A stretch of DNA of 64,000 bases from Eledone cirrhosa (Eukaryota), in NCBI GenBank assembly GCA_964016885.1, contig OZ024747.1, positions 37,138,001 to 37,202,000 of the forward strand, written 5' to 3'. The position numbers and the translations under genes are program-made. A model generated the notes under the pieces. The model did no database searches. It was not told where the DNA came from and saw nothing but the letters and a program-made list of their open reading frames with translations. Each line of letters opens with the position of its first letter. Position 1 is the stretch's first letter. Of the stretch, positions 41,553 to 55,100 are shown in pieces.

Positions 41553-42202
41553 ATAGTTGTTGTTTTCTTAAGGCATGATCGCTGACCGAGTGGTGATGGT
41601 GATGGTGATGGTGGGGGTGACGGTGGGGGTGATGGTGGGGGTGATGATGGCGGCATTTGTTGTTGTTGTTGTTGTTGTTGTTTGGCTTTTTTACCGTTTG
41701 ATGCCGCAGTTGTTGTAGATGTTGGGGTTGAAATTTGGTCGTTTTGACTTAGTGATATTTATATATATATATACACACACACATTCAACATAGAGTGTAG
41801 GGAGTTCGGTAGCAAGTCAGTGACTTTAGTCCAGATAGGGTATTGACTTGTGTAAATGTAAATGTGGTGGTGGGGAGAGAATGTAGACGTTATTGAGGTG
41901 TCAGGAGCAGTGAAATGTATCTAGTTCATTTGTCCGTTTTCTTCTCTTTTCAAAATTTGAAATTTAGCCATGTTACATTAGGATGTAAGTAAAATATATA
42001 ATGTAAAATGTAAATCACGATTGCTCTGTGTAATATATGAAAATATTTATGCAACTTCCACAACTTCTGTCAGGATATTTCCCGAGTCTAGTGAGCAAAC
42101 ATTTTGTTGTATTTTGATGTTTCATAATACAAAGATTAATCAAAACTTACCCCACGAAAAGACATCGTGCGTTGTCCGATCTATAAGCTCCCTACATACA
42201 TA

Positions 42203-42793
42203 CATGGTGGCTGCCAACTCGTTTTCGAGTACGGCCACTACTTTATATCCATGTAGGAGAACTCCTACCGATGCGCTGAACGAGTGTGACTTTTTAGTCC
42301 AGCCAGCGACTTGAAAACTCTGGTACAAACACTACACTTGTGACAATTATTGACACATAGTGCTGGGCCCATGGTACCATGTGGCGACAAGTGCAGAGAG
42401 ATCTCCAGATATAAAGCAATGCCTGTGTCGTGAAGCTTTTATAGTGAGCAAAGGCACTGCACAAAGCAAGTCCCACTCTCTTAACCAAGATGATATTTAC
42501 CAAAAAGAAGAACATGTCAACATCATTGGATACCATCAGAGTTGCAGGTGTTATATCAGAGTTTTCCTTCTCCTAGAATTCTGCCTTGACAAGGGCTAAG
42601 GGGTCATCTCCCCCGGTGATTTTGGATGGCCATTGACTCTTAAGAGCTCCTTTGCCCTTTGACAGGTTTTGTTTTTAGTCCTGCAGGATGTCCAAAGTCA
42701 CCTTCCTCACCAAGAAACCTTGGTGGGGTTGCCAGTTTAGTCGCCAACGACCCGACCATGAGACAGGTTGTACTGGCATACATGTTACCAGTT
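42203..42793 (-). mobile_element. Short non-autonomous RTE derivative (5' UTR fused to 3' end) with an (ATGT)n tail
   Basis: Minus strand has CTAGGAGAAGGAAAACTCTGA, a remnant zinc finger KCSVCTRVFKSLAGLKSH and the RTE 3' hairpin; near-identical to 50143-50745. Confidence 0.75.
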
Positions 42794-43632
42794 ACATACA
42801 GTTACATACATACATACATATATACATACATACATACATACATACATACATACATACATACATACATACATACATACATACATACATACATACATACAAG
42901 AAGTGTGAGGCTGTATGGAGCAGAACTAATTAACAAAATGATCCATGAAAAAAACGCCATCAATAGCAGCAACCTGGCTGTAGTACAGCTGGATTACCAG
43001 AAGGTTTTTCATAGTATAGCACATCTGTGGATCATTAGTTGCCTAAAGTCCCACACTCACTAATATCTGCTATCCAATACCTAACCATGACTTGCTATTC
43101 CACTTTTTTTTTAGACGTGGTAAGAGGCAATTTAAGCCTAATACGTATGGTTTGGTTTATGCTGGAGAATACTGCAATTTTCTTACTCCATTGTTTCAAA
43201 CTCTGATTTTATAGTCATTGAGACAGTTTAAAAACTATGAGTATTAGAACAGAGTTAACCCACTCGTTACTACATATCTAATAGAAAGACATCGCCTGTT
43301 CATTTCAAATAATATTTTAAATAATCAAGAATTCCAGAAGATGCAAATATAACTATCTTTGCCCTCAATCTAAGTTCTTTCATAAAATTATGAGGGGCGA
43401 GTTTTAGACACAAACAGTATAGAATCGTAACAAAAAAATGGCGGTTTCAGGTGGTTTAGTATGAAAAGGATTATGATAGTTCTTATAATTTGTTATTTTA
43501 TTTCTCTCCGTCGTTGAAAATTTTCTAGAATCCGGTATGAGAATAATTAATTCAGTAACTAATGTCAAAAGTGGTTTTCTGTCGCCAAAAGATATTCCCA
43601 CGTGCCTATGAATATATATATATGTGTGTCTA

Positions 43633-43692
<60 letters not shown>

Positions 43693-43704
43693 CGTGTGTG
43701 TATG

Positions 43705-43801
<97 letters not shown>

Positions 43802-43845
43802 GTACATATATAAATATATACATATATGCAAACATACACTCATGC

Positions 43846-43885
<40 letters not shown>

Positions 43886-44250
43886 ACATAAATACATACA
43901 TATATATGCAAAAATATATATGCAAACATACATAAACACACACATGTATATATATAAACAGATAGACACATTCTGTGTGGAGAGGACAGACACTTTTGTA
44001 TAATTTTCCCTTATACATATAAATATATGCATAAATTTATCGATTAGGTCGAAACGATTTGACGCCGAGGAAACCCTTGTGTTAAATTTATGCTAATGCA
44101 AGAAAGCAAGACGAGCGCCAATGGTCTATTCCAAGGCCTCTGTTTTGAGTAGGGGAAAATGAATTTGTTCATCAGATCGGAGATGGACGACAAAATGGAC
44201 CCCATTAGAAGACAACAAAGGTGACTGATTAAGGTTACTATCCAAGTATA

Positions 44251-44449
44251 CGAGAGTCGGCTGAAAAGTTCATAGGCTGAATACGAAGAAGTGATGCTAT
44301 AGCTGTGAAATCTTGCATGCATCAATTTCAACTCTTTTTATTAATAACTGCAATGTCTTGTTTTTTCAAGGACTATGTGGAAAAAAATCTCATTTGGTCA
44401 TTCCATGAGAGAATCTTGAGCAGCCTATGGACTTTTCAGCTGAACCTCG
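44251..44449. mobile_element. Tc1/mariner-type MITE
   Basis: TA|CGAGAGTCGGCTGAAAAGTTCATAGGCTG ... CAGCCTATGGACTTTTCAGCTGAACCTCG|TA: about 29-bp imperfect TIRs and a TA target duplication. Confidence 0.85.
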
Positions 44450-44780
44450 TATGAAGTGTCCTTCCGATTGTTTCTCCACAATTGGGGTCTAACAATTCTA
44501 CTCACAATTCTTTAAATGATCCGAGGCTATGATAGAAAATCCCTAAACAGCAATGCTAGGGGTCAAATCAGAAACCAATTGCAAAACGAATGTTTTAACT
44601 ACAAAATCACGCCTTTGTTAGAATGAGGTTCTTAGAAAATATATTTATTACTTCCTGCCAATATTCATTAAACCATTGCGGGGACAGGAACTGTTCTTAG
44701 CCAAATTTTCACACTTTTTCTATTTTTCTTATATGACTACATACAAATAGAGCAGTTTCTTTATTGAGACATATAAACGC

Positions 44781-45180
44781 GTCGGTGGATTGGCAGTATC
44801 GGTAGAGGGTCGGGCGCCATGCTTTGAAGCATAGAGTTACCTCCCTTTATGATCTGAGTTCAAATCCCGCTGAGGTTAACTTTGCCTTTCATCCTTACGG
44901 GGTCGATAAAATAAAGTACCAGTAATGCACTGGGATAATTGCTGGCCTGGTGCCAAAAGTAGAAACAATTATTTATTCAATCAAGGGCGGTGGATTGGCA
45001 GTATCGGTAGAGGGTCGGACGCCATGCTTTGACGCATAGAGTTACGGCCCTTGCCATTCTGAGTTCGAATCCCACCAAGGTTAACTTTGCCTTCATCCTT
45101 ACGGGGTCGATAAAATAAAGTACCAGTAATGCACTGGGTAATTGCTGGCCTTGTGCCTAACGTAGTAACAATTATTTATT
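44781..45180 (+). mobile_element. Two tandem tRNA-derived SINEs (44781-44975 and 44985-45180)
   Basis: A-box-like TGGCAGTATCGGTAG, B-box-like GAGTTCRAATCCC and conserved body GCCTTTCATCCTTACGGGGTCGATAAAATAAAGTACCAG. Confidence 0.9.
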
Positions 45181-46899
45181 CAATCGTAGTCAACCCAACA
45201 CTAAATATGGCTTATTTGTTTCGACATGTTATTTTGTTCATATTTGATTTTATTTTATATCCTCTATCTTTTCATGCTTAGTTTTATATTTGCTTGACTC
45301 TCTCTCAATTAATCTAAGAATAAATATAGTGAAGAATAAATACACACACGCTGGCACCTGCATACACACACACTCACATGCACTCACTCGATAAAAAAGT
45401 AGCAGTCTAGTACTAGGCTCGATTCTTCATTTATATCTCTTTCTCACTTCCTTTCTCTCATTCTCTCTATCCTTCTCTGAAGATATCTGCTGTATTTAAA
45501 CCTGGAAAGGAGATGAGCTCTGCCAGGATGTTTGTAATGCCCCAGAAACGCCATGCGTAAATATGGTGCCTCTACGACCCCCTCCGAAGTTACGGGTCCA
45601 TACACACACATAAATACATGTGTCATTTGTCGTATAGAATGCATTGAGGTATTTCTTTCGGCTCTCTGCTTTCTGACTTCAAATCCTGCAGGAATCACTT
45701 TTGCCTTTCATCCTTTTCAGGTCGATAAAAAAGTATCAGTCTAGTACTGGGGTCGATTCCTCCTCTATATCACTTTCTCACTTTCAGTCTCTCACTCTGT
45801 ATCCTTCTCTGGGGGAAATCTGCTGTACGCAGACCTGGCGAGGAAATAGGGTTCACCAGGTTTAAAAATGCATGCATGAACAGTGATTGGCTTCACATCC
45901 CTAAATACGTTACATGAATCAATGAGGACGTCTACTGGAAATAGCAGCCAAATCTTCCTGAAATCATAACTTAATGTTTTATTGTTTGCTCACCACAGCA
46001 ATGATAAAAGAGCAGCTGATATGTGTGTTATGGTTTTACATACACTAAACGCATCAGTTTGTTTAGAGTAAATTATATTCAGTGAATTCGTGATTCACTC
46101 GAAAAGAAATTCCATAACTGTAAACTGGAATCGAAACCAGGTCACGCAATAAGCATCGTGTAATGTGGGGCATGATAAAGAATAACATATATGTTAAATC
46201 TCTAAGAAATTGACTTAATGTATGTATGATAGGTGCAGTGTTTTTTTCTTATGATTGTAGTTAATTGCCACTTAGCATACACTCGCTACTACCGGTAACA
46301 CGAGATTCTATAGAAGGACAGAAAAAATCTAGAAAACAGTTTTACTTCTAAAAATCAGTTTCCTACCAATAAAATCTTTGCACGTATTCATCTATGGCAC
46401 ATTGAATGCAATTATTTATTTGTTGACGGTTTGGCATAGAATAAACTTATACAATTAGTACAACGAACCTGATCTACATGTGTTAGCGATTTAGCGAAAT
46501 TCTTCTTGTTTTAGTAATTTCGTTTCGTTTCTATTTTCTCTACCACGTATTTCTTGTCTCTCTCTCTTTTTTTTTTTTTTTTTTTAGTCTACATCATCTA
46601 AGTATGATGAAATCGAAAGATTTCGACAGATTCCTTCCACTTTGGAAATGGCAATTAGAGTGAAACATGGAATACTGAATAAGGAAAAAGCTGTACCAAG
46701 CGATATCGAATTTACGCACTCAGATACTTTCTTCTACATACAAATATACTGGAAATAAAAGTGCCAGTGCAATTATCCCACTACACACATATACACACGC
46801 ACACACATACAAATACACACGCACACAAACATGCACAAGGGCATATTTAAGTGCATTCCTAGATGATAGAATATCTATCTATTTTTCAAAACGAGAAAC

Positions 46900-46972
<73 letters not shown>

Positions 46973-46976
<4 letters not shown>

Positions 46977-47176
46977 AGGGGAAGCTTAGGAAAATCGAAG
47001 CTTTGGCTGCGGATAAGCAAAGTCGACCTACAATTAGGAATGAGTAGCAAAGCACTCAATAAGGGTAGGACCTTAGAGTAATAACCTACGCTTAGATAGC
47101 TTGACAAATTGAAAATTGCGGCAGGCAAAACTCCAAAACCCAGCCATACAATACCAAAACAAAGAAAAAACTAATC

Positions 47177-47180
<4 letters not shown>
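46973..47180 (-). mobile_element. (TA)n-flanked element 3' end, same family as 62351-62567
   Basis: Inverted homology to 62368-62562; carries the TACTC-TAAGG..CCTTA-TT-GAGTGCT hairpin. Confidence 0.75.
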
Positions 47181-47221
<41 letters not shown>

Positions 47222-47507
47222 ACAAATCACAGAGGCAATAAACATAAATGAACTCCAAACAAAATTAAATACAAAACATGAATGGAATAGCAACATCACA
47301 ACTTACAATTAAGCACAAAAATGAAAACACACACACATAGAACAAACAACTAACTAGTAACATGTAAATAAACAAATAAATAAACAAATAAAAACACACA
47401 CACACCTCCGAATGTAACGCATGCGCAAACTAAGCACACAACACACTAAAACAAGATAGCGTAGGATAGAACAAAGGAGAGGCACAAAACAAAAAAAAGA
47501 CTCACCA

Positions 47508-47550
47508 GTCACTGAAGAGGTCACAGAATGTGTGATGAAAGAACTTTGAC
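47508..47550 (+). ncRNA. Degenerate type I hammerhead motif
   Basis: GTCA-CTGAAGA-GGTCACA(GAATG)TGTGAT-GAAA-GAAC-TT-TGAC within a (TA)n-flanked segment 47221-47680. Confidence 0.55.
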
Positions 47551-47673
47551 GATATATAAACAACCATCCGGTTGTGGAACCAACCAACCAACCAACCGGA
47601 AATTTATAATAAATTGAAGTGAAAGCAACTGGTGCGTGTGTTTCTTATTGGCAACATGACCCTCCCAAAGTAT

Positions 47674-47720
<47 letters not shown>

Positions 47721-47726
<6 letters not shown>

Positions 47727-48953
47727 GATAAGCAGAACAAGTAAAATTCAATCAATTTTTCAAAATACATTAAAAAATATAATATAAATATTTACCTCTT
47801 CTAGTGGCCCTTACTGATCAGTTTCGCTTTGTAAAACCTCATAAATCCGATGGATTTATGATGGAAAACCAAAGCTCATCAGAGAAGCATTTTCCCTTCC
47901 TAGGGCTAAACGTCCCAGGAACGACAAAATATACAACCTCCTGCCAGCTAATAAAGGTCTGAAAGGTCGTAAAAGTGACCCGTATGTAAACTGGACCGAA
48001 GTAAAAGCGGGAAAATCAAAGACTTGCTGTCTACAATTACTACTAAAAAAATAGCAGCCAAGTAAAGCAACAGATTTGTTCTCAACGGACGGAGAAAAAG
48101 GTAGAAGTTAATATGTCCAGGGATACTAGGTACCCCTAGAAATACATAGGTTGTCTATGATTCAGGGTTGTTCAATGGTGTTAATTTGATACACCAGAAC
48201 TTTAATATTAAGATAAGCAGAACAAGTAAAATTCAATCAATTTTTCAAAATACATTAAAAAATATAATATAAATATTTACCTCTTCTAGTGGCCCTTACT
48301 GATCAGTTTCGCTTTGTAAAACCTCATAAATCCGATGGATTTATGATGGAAAACTAAAGCTCATCAGAGAAGCATTTTCCCTTCCTAGGGCTAAACGTCC
48401 CAGGAACGACAAAATATACAACCTCCTGCCAGCTAATAAAGGTCTGAAAGGTCGTAAAAGTGACCCGTATGTAAACTGGACCGAAGTAAAAGCGGGAAAA
48501 TCAAAGACTTGCTGTCTACAATTACTACTAAAAAAATAGCAGCCAAGTAAAGCAACAGATTTGTTCTCAACGGACGGAGAAAAAGGTAGAAGTTAATATG
48601 TCCAGGGATACTAGGTACCCCTAGAAATACATAGGTTGTCTATGATTCAGGGTTGTTCAATGGTGTTAATTTGATACACCAGAACTTTAATATTAAGATA
48701 AGCAGAACAAGTAAAATTCAATCAATTTTTCAAAATACATTAAAAAATATAATATAAATATTTACCTCTTCTAGTGGCCCTTACTGATCAGTTTCGCTTT
48801 GTAAAACCTCATAAATCCGATGGATTTATGATGGAAAACCAAAGCTCATCAGAGAAGCATTTTCCCTTCCTAGGGCTAAACGTCCCAGGAACGACAAAAT
48901 ATACAACCTCCTGCCAGCTAATAAGGTCTGAAAGGTCGTAAAAGTGACCCGTA
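47721..48953 (-). mobile_element. Retrozyme-like tandem array: about 2.5 copies of a 485-bp unit, each with a hammerhead
   Basis: Units start at 47721, 48206 and 48691 and are nearly identical; (TA)n on both flanks; hammerheads at 47807-47888, 48292-48373 and 48777-48858. Confidence 0.88.
47807..47888 (-). ncRNA. Type I hammerhead ribozyme, copy 1 of 3
   Basis: Minus strand GCTTCT-CTGATGA-GCTTTG..TCATAAATCC(ATC)GGATTTATGA..CAAAGC-GAAA-CTGATCAG-TA-AGGGC. Confidence 0.85.
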
Positions 48954-49764
48954 TATATATATATATTTAATTACATAATAAAAAACACAATATAATTATT
49001 TCATTACCAAAGTTTTCTAGAAACTAGACGAGCCTTATAGGAAAAATCAGATAGTTATATTTTGGATATAAGTTTTCAAATTGGTATCTATTAAAAATGA
49101 AAGTGAGTTAAAATAACGTATTATAAAAGGAAAAATATATAAATATATATACATCCACACACACATAAAATTACATGCTCGCATTTATACGTACATCCAT
49201 ATACACGCTTATATAGATATATAAGCGCATCAACCACATATATACACTTATACACACGCACACATACATCCACACATATATATATACACACACTCGCACA
49301 TACATAGACACAATATACATAAATGCATATATACATACACACACACATATATATACACACATATATATATACGCACATACACGTACGCTCGCATACATGC
49401 ATACACATACATACATACAAACATACATATATACATACAATATCTACACGCACTCACGATAATACCGTAAGAAAGTACATGTATAGATATATTTTAAAAA
49501 TTATAAAGATTAACAGCGTATGAATGTATATATATATATATATATATATATTTATTTACGTACGTATAGCACGTAGTGCATGTGTATAAACACACACGCA
49601 CCGTGTTATATTTTTACGGTATTGTATTAGCTCAATGTATGTAAAAGAAACCAAAGAACGCTTACATACTCAAACAGTTTTTATTTGTTTACAATGTTTC
49701 ATCCATACGGTATACATACATACATACATACATACATACATACATACATACATACATACATACA

Positions 49765-50080
49765 ACTAGTTAGGAAATTACAAGTACAATCCATTAATGG
49801 AACAGTAAAATATGTAAAACATTCTAAAAATGTTGCATCTAATAATTGCATATAGACATGTACAGATACAAAGCATATACACATGCACACATACAACTCA
49901 AAACATACACATCCACACATACAATAACATCCATATCTACACATGCATGCATGCAGACATACATACATATCTACCTAGTTGATGTTGTGTAAATTCCAAT
50001 GAGAGAGCCTTGTGTCTATATTAGAAACCGACTCTCTCTCTATTGGTAAAACTTTGTGAAATTATAAAACCAGAAGAACA
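49765..50080 (+). mobile_element. 3' terminal fragment of an R4/Dong element in (TACA)n
   Basis: Near-identical to 51777-52078; flanked by (TACA)n. Confidence 0.85.
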
Positions 50081-50142
50081 TACATACATACATACATACA
50101 TACATACATACATACATACATACATACATACATACATACATA

Positions 50143-50745
50143 CATGGTGGCTGCCAACTCGTTTTCGAGTACGACCACTACTTTATATCCATGTAGGAGA
50201 ACCCCTACCGATGCACTGAACGAGTGTGATATTTTAGTCCAGCCAGTGACTTGAAAACTCTGGTACAAACACTACACTTGCGACAATTATTGACACATAG
50301 TGCTGGGCCCATGGTACCATGTGAGGACAAGTGCAGAGAGATCTCCAGATATAAAGCAATGCCTGTGCCGTGAAGCTTTTATAGTGAGCAAAGGCACTGC
50401 ACAAAGCCAGTCCCACTCTCTTAACCAAGATGATATTTACCAAAAAGAAGAACAAGTCAACATCATTGGATACCATCAAGGTTGCAGGTGTTATATCAGA
50501 GTTTTCCTTCTCCTAGAATTCGGCTAAGGGGTCATCTCTCCCGGTGATTTTGGATGGCCATTGACTCTTAAGAGCTCCTTTGCCCTTTGACAGGTTTTGT
50601 TTTTAGTCCTGCAGGATGTCCAAAGTCACCCTCCTCACCAAGAAACCTTGGTGGGGTTGCCAGTTTAGTCGCCAACGACCCGACCATGAGACAGGTTGTA
50701 CTGGAATACATGTTACCAGTAGCACCAACTGGTGACCTGACACAA
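50143..50745 (-). mobile_element. Second copy of the short RTE derivative
   Basis: High identity to 42203-42793. Confidence 0.8.
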
Positions 50746-50825
50746 ATATACATACATACATACATACATACATACATACATACATACATACATACATACA
50801 TACATACATACATACATACATACAT

Positions 50826-52078
50826 CAGTCCAGACAGCATTTTAATGTCGAATCATATGCCTCCGACAACATCTACGAACCTCGAAGTGTAGGAGCCCGT
50901 CTCTCGAGCAAGTCTATCTGCATGAAACAGATAAGATCATGAGAGATGGGAAGGAACTCATCGAGAGATATTTCCTGTGTGATAATCAAAAACGCACACC
51001 CAGGGAAGTCTCTTAGCAGTATCGCAGTGAATCCATGGATGAAAATCAGCATGCTTATCAGCAAAAAATCATGCATGGATATGTTGTCAGGAAGCTCCAG
51101 AGTGAGAGTAATATAGATAAGGACCAACAACCGTTATATTGGCTCCCACTTTGAAGGATACGCTTTTGCAATCCAAGAACAGGAAATTATCACGAAATAC
51201 CTGATTCACAAAAGAGATAGGGATGCAGGCAAAATACCTAAATGTGATAACAAGTGCAGACTCTGCAGAATTAACATCGAAGATGTCACCAATGTCATTA
51301 TCAGCTGCCCAAAGATGTCATCGCGGTACTATCTACCTATGAGGCATGATGTAGTGGCCAAAACACTGTACAATGCAATCCGTAGAAAAGATAGCCCCGA
51401 TAATAAACACATTAAAAGCTACAGCAATGTGGAAGACATCCATGTACATAATATGAAAGAGTACTGGTGGAATATTCCAGTAAAAGCCCCAATAAAATGC
51501 AGGCATAACAGACCAGATATTATGATAAGGGACAGGGAAAAAAAGCATGCACAGTAGTGGAAGTTAGCTGCCCAGCAGATGCCAATATAATACCAATGAT
51601 TAACGAAAAGGAGAATATTTATGCAGAACTGATGAGAAATCTGCAGATACTCTACCCTGATTTCACATTCAGATTTATGCCTGTGATTATTGGGGCACTG
51701 GAGTATGTTAGTAACTGCCTCAATACAAATCTTGAGAAGCTAGGCTTCACGGGATCAGAAAGAACACATCTATTTAAGAAATCACAAGTACAATCCATTA
51801 ATGGAACAGTAAAAATATGTAAAACATTTCAAACGTTTTGCATCTAATAACTGCATATACACATGTACAGATACAAAGCATATACACATGCACACATACA
51901 ACTCAAAACATACACATCCACACATACAATAACATCCATATCTACACATGCAAACATGCATACATAATCTACCTAGTTGATGTTGTGGAAATTCCAATGA
52001 GAGAGCCTTGTGTCTATATTAGAAACCGACTCTCTCTCTATTGTTAAACATTTGTGAAATTATAAAACCAGAAGAACA
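50826..52078 (+). mobile_element. 5'-truncated R4/Dong element in (TACA)n
   Basis: EGYAFAIQEQEI, KCRLC, MSSRYYLPMRHD, RPDIMI, EVSCP, PVIIGAL, VKICKTF; (TACA)n on both sides. Confidence 0.88.
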
Positions 52079-52112
52079 TACATACATACATACATACATA
52101 CATACATACATA

Positions 52113-55100
52113 CATAAATGGCGACCGTTGTGGTCAGTGTCCGATAATCGGACGTGTGTAATTACGGCTTACATGAAGGCAACATACCATATATTGGAAA
52201 AAGTTGTGCTACATTACGCGGTAAGATTACATACAATAATTCTACATAAGTGTTTAAACTGTAAGTGTGTTGTAAAACACCTATTTATATGAACGATACA
52301 TACACTTATGATATATGAACGATACATACACTTTAACATATAAATGCAACGTTGTTATATTACATTTATAAAGAAATATGCAAGTAACGTTTTCGATTCA
52401 GAAACAAAAATATAAGTGTTTGAACTGTGAATATGTTGTGAATAGGTTGTAGAACACCCATTTATATGAAAGATACATAAACTTTAACATATAAATACCG
52501 CGTTGTTATGTTATATTACATTCATAAAGAAATATACTAAGTAACGGTTCTTTTTGTTCTCGATTCAAACGATTCAAGAACAACGTTTAAAACACAGTTG
52601 TAGAATTAAAAACTAACTGAAAAGAAATATTACCCAAGCTGTGAATAACTTTAAATTTGATTCTGACAGAACTTTGTCGTAACTTTTAAAGAAGATCATC
52701 GACTATTTTGAAAAATAAATACGAAATATTAGTGAATAGACGAACTCATCATGGCAAAAAGTACAAGTCTCCTTCGACCAAATCGCAACTACAGCCGTTG
52801 TACACAGTGGAGCTACGAGCTTAACAAAGTATTATATGAAGCATACAAACAATCTGAACCCCAAAAGTTCGGTTTTATGCAAAGGCTAAAAACTTTATGG
52901 AACTCCAAACACCCAGAATTAGACTTTTCTCCAAAGCATTTAAATGAACAGGCAAAACGTATCATTAGATGTAAATTGATACATCTAACGGAATTGAGTG
53001 ATACTACAAATACAGCCCTTGTAGACAACCACCCCACCTCCACTGACAGACAAATTGAATGGCCAGCTAAATCTAACAGTGAACAGCTCACCCATAATTT
53101 TGCTGAAATCCATCCCACTTCCACTGAAGAACAGCGAGAAAGGTCAGCTGACTCTAGTAGTAATTGTCACCACATCAACAACGAAGCTGAAATTCATGAC
53201 TCTACTGTACAAACAGAGCACCAAAAACTTGTGGGCACCCTACAAGTGATATGGAACGATATGTTTCAAGAGATACACAGCCTTAATGTGAGTGACAGAC
53301 CATACAACACTAGAGTCAGTAAAGAACCCACTAAATTGGAATTGGAAGCGGTGAACGAAATAGCTGGCAATTATCTGAAGGCTATACGATCTAAAGGTGT
53401 AGAAACGACATTTGAAACGCTTAATGTTTTGTTATATGTTTCAGCTGTCACATTGCTATCATATAACACACATCTAAAACCACGCAATCAAGATACAAAC
53501 AGAAAGCCTGAACCAGCGTGGATGCGAAATTTAAAAACCAAAATTTTGTCCCTGAGACGAAGTATCTCACACATCGCAGTCGTTATGAAATGCAACATAG
53601 AGAGCAACTTCACACGACACCAGGAAGACCTAAAGAAAAAGTTAGAGAGACGATTTGGAGATACAAAATTTAAAACTTTGAACTCCAAATTACACCAGTT
53701 GAAACAACTCACAGCTACAACAGAAAGACTAAAATATAAGTCAACAGCACATAAACGACCAGTGCTAAATAGATTGTTTGCCAGAGATCCTAAATCAGTT
53801 TATCGCAGCTTCGGTGGCAAAAGCTCAATCCCTGTAAACGACACCCCTTCAAAAGAACAGGTTGAGAGCTACTGGAGATCTGTATGGGAAACGGATGACG
53901 GATTCAACAGACAAGCTAATTGGCTAAAAGAACTGGAACAGGACTACTGCCAACATGTCCAGACAAAACAATATGACATAGATGGGTCAATACTGGAAAC
54001 AGCTCTACAGAAAATGTCGAATAGGAAATCACCAGGCCCAGACCTCATTACAGGATACTGGTTGAAGAATTTCACTTTCTATCGGCAAGATCTCATACGG
54101 CTGTTTACAGAAACCATTGAGGGCACACAAGAACTGCCCAGATGGTTATCAACTGCCACTACTCCCCTCATTCCCAAAAATAGCCAAACCACCTTGCTAA
54201 AAATTACCGCCCAATTGCCTGCCAAAATATCATGTATAAATTATATACTGGGTGCCTTAACCTGTTCTTACAGGATCACTGTGCTACCAACAACATCATA
54301 ACACCTGAGCAAGCTGGTGGAAAGAGGGAGGTGTGGGGTTGCATAGATCACCTACTAACTAACAAAATGATTCAGGAAAAAACAACAAAGAATCGCAGAA
54401 ACATGACTGTCGTGTGGCTGGACTATCAAAAAGCATTTGATAGTGTACCTCATGGGTGGATTATTAAGGCTTTACAGTTAGCTAAAGTCCCACAACCATT
54501 GGTAGCTGCTGTTGAACGCCTGACCAAGAACTGGTACACCAATTTGATCCTTAGAGGTGAGAAGGAGCAGGTTAAGACTGATAAGATACATTACCAGAAG
54601 GGCATCTTTCAGGGTGATAGCTTGTCAGTGCTACTCTTCGTTCTCTCACTGAATCCACTATCTTACCTACTCAGGAAACAAGGTGGACAAAAAGGTGGGC
54701 CCAGAAGTATCTCCCATCTTTTCTTTGTTGATGACCTGAAGTTGTATGGGCCAAATATCAATGACATCAAGAAACAATTGGACCTCATTACACAATTTTC
54801 AACCGACATTAAAATGAAATTTGGTGAGTCCAAGTGTGCATATTTGGCAGTAAAACGTGGAAGAGCTGTGCCCTCCTCTAGAAATCTAGAGATGAACGGC
54901 CTGACAATACAACCTCTGCAGTCAGGTGACAACTACAGATATCTTGGACAGGATGAGAATGTCAGATATGATGGACCCATAAATAAGGAGAGAACCAGAA
55001 CTGAATACCTCAGAAGAGTAAAGAAAATATGGTCATCAGAACTGTCAGCATACAACAAATACATTGCCCACAATACTTATGCTGTGCCAATTCTAACGCC

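Noticed and set aside
42270-42330. Plus-strand CTGAACGA..GAAA as a hammerhead
   Set aside because: There is no stem I, and the segment is the antisense of the RTE zinc-finger remnant.
44781-45180. tRNA genes suggested by A/B-box-like motifs
   Set aside because: There is no cloverleaf, and the motifs continue into a repeated SINE body found many times in the window.
46010-46065. Hammerhead-like CTGATAT-GTGTGT..ACATACAC-TAAACGCATCAG
   Set aside because: Both core segments are mutated and stem I does not pair; at best a decayed relic, so it was not counted.
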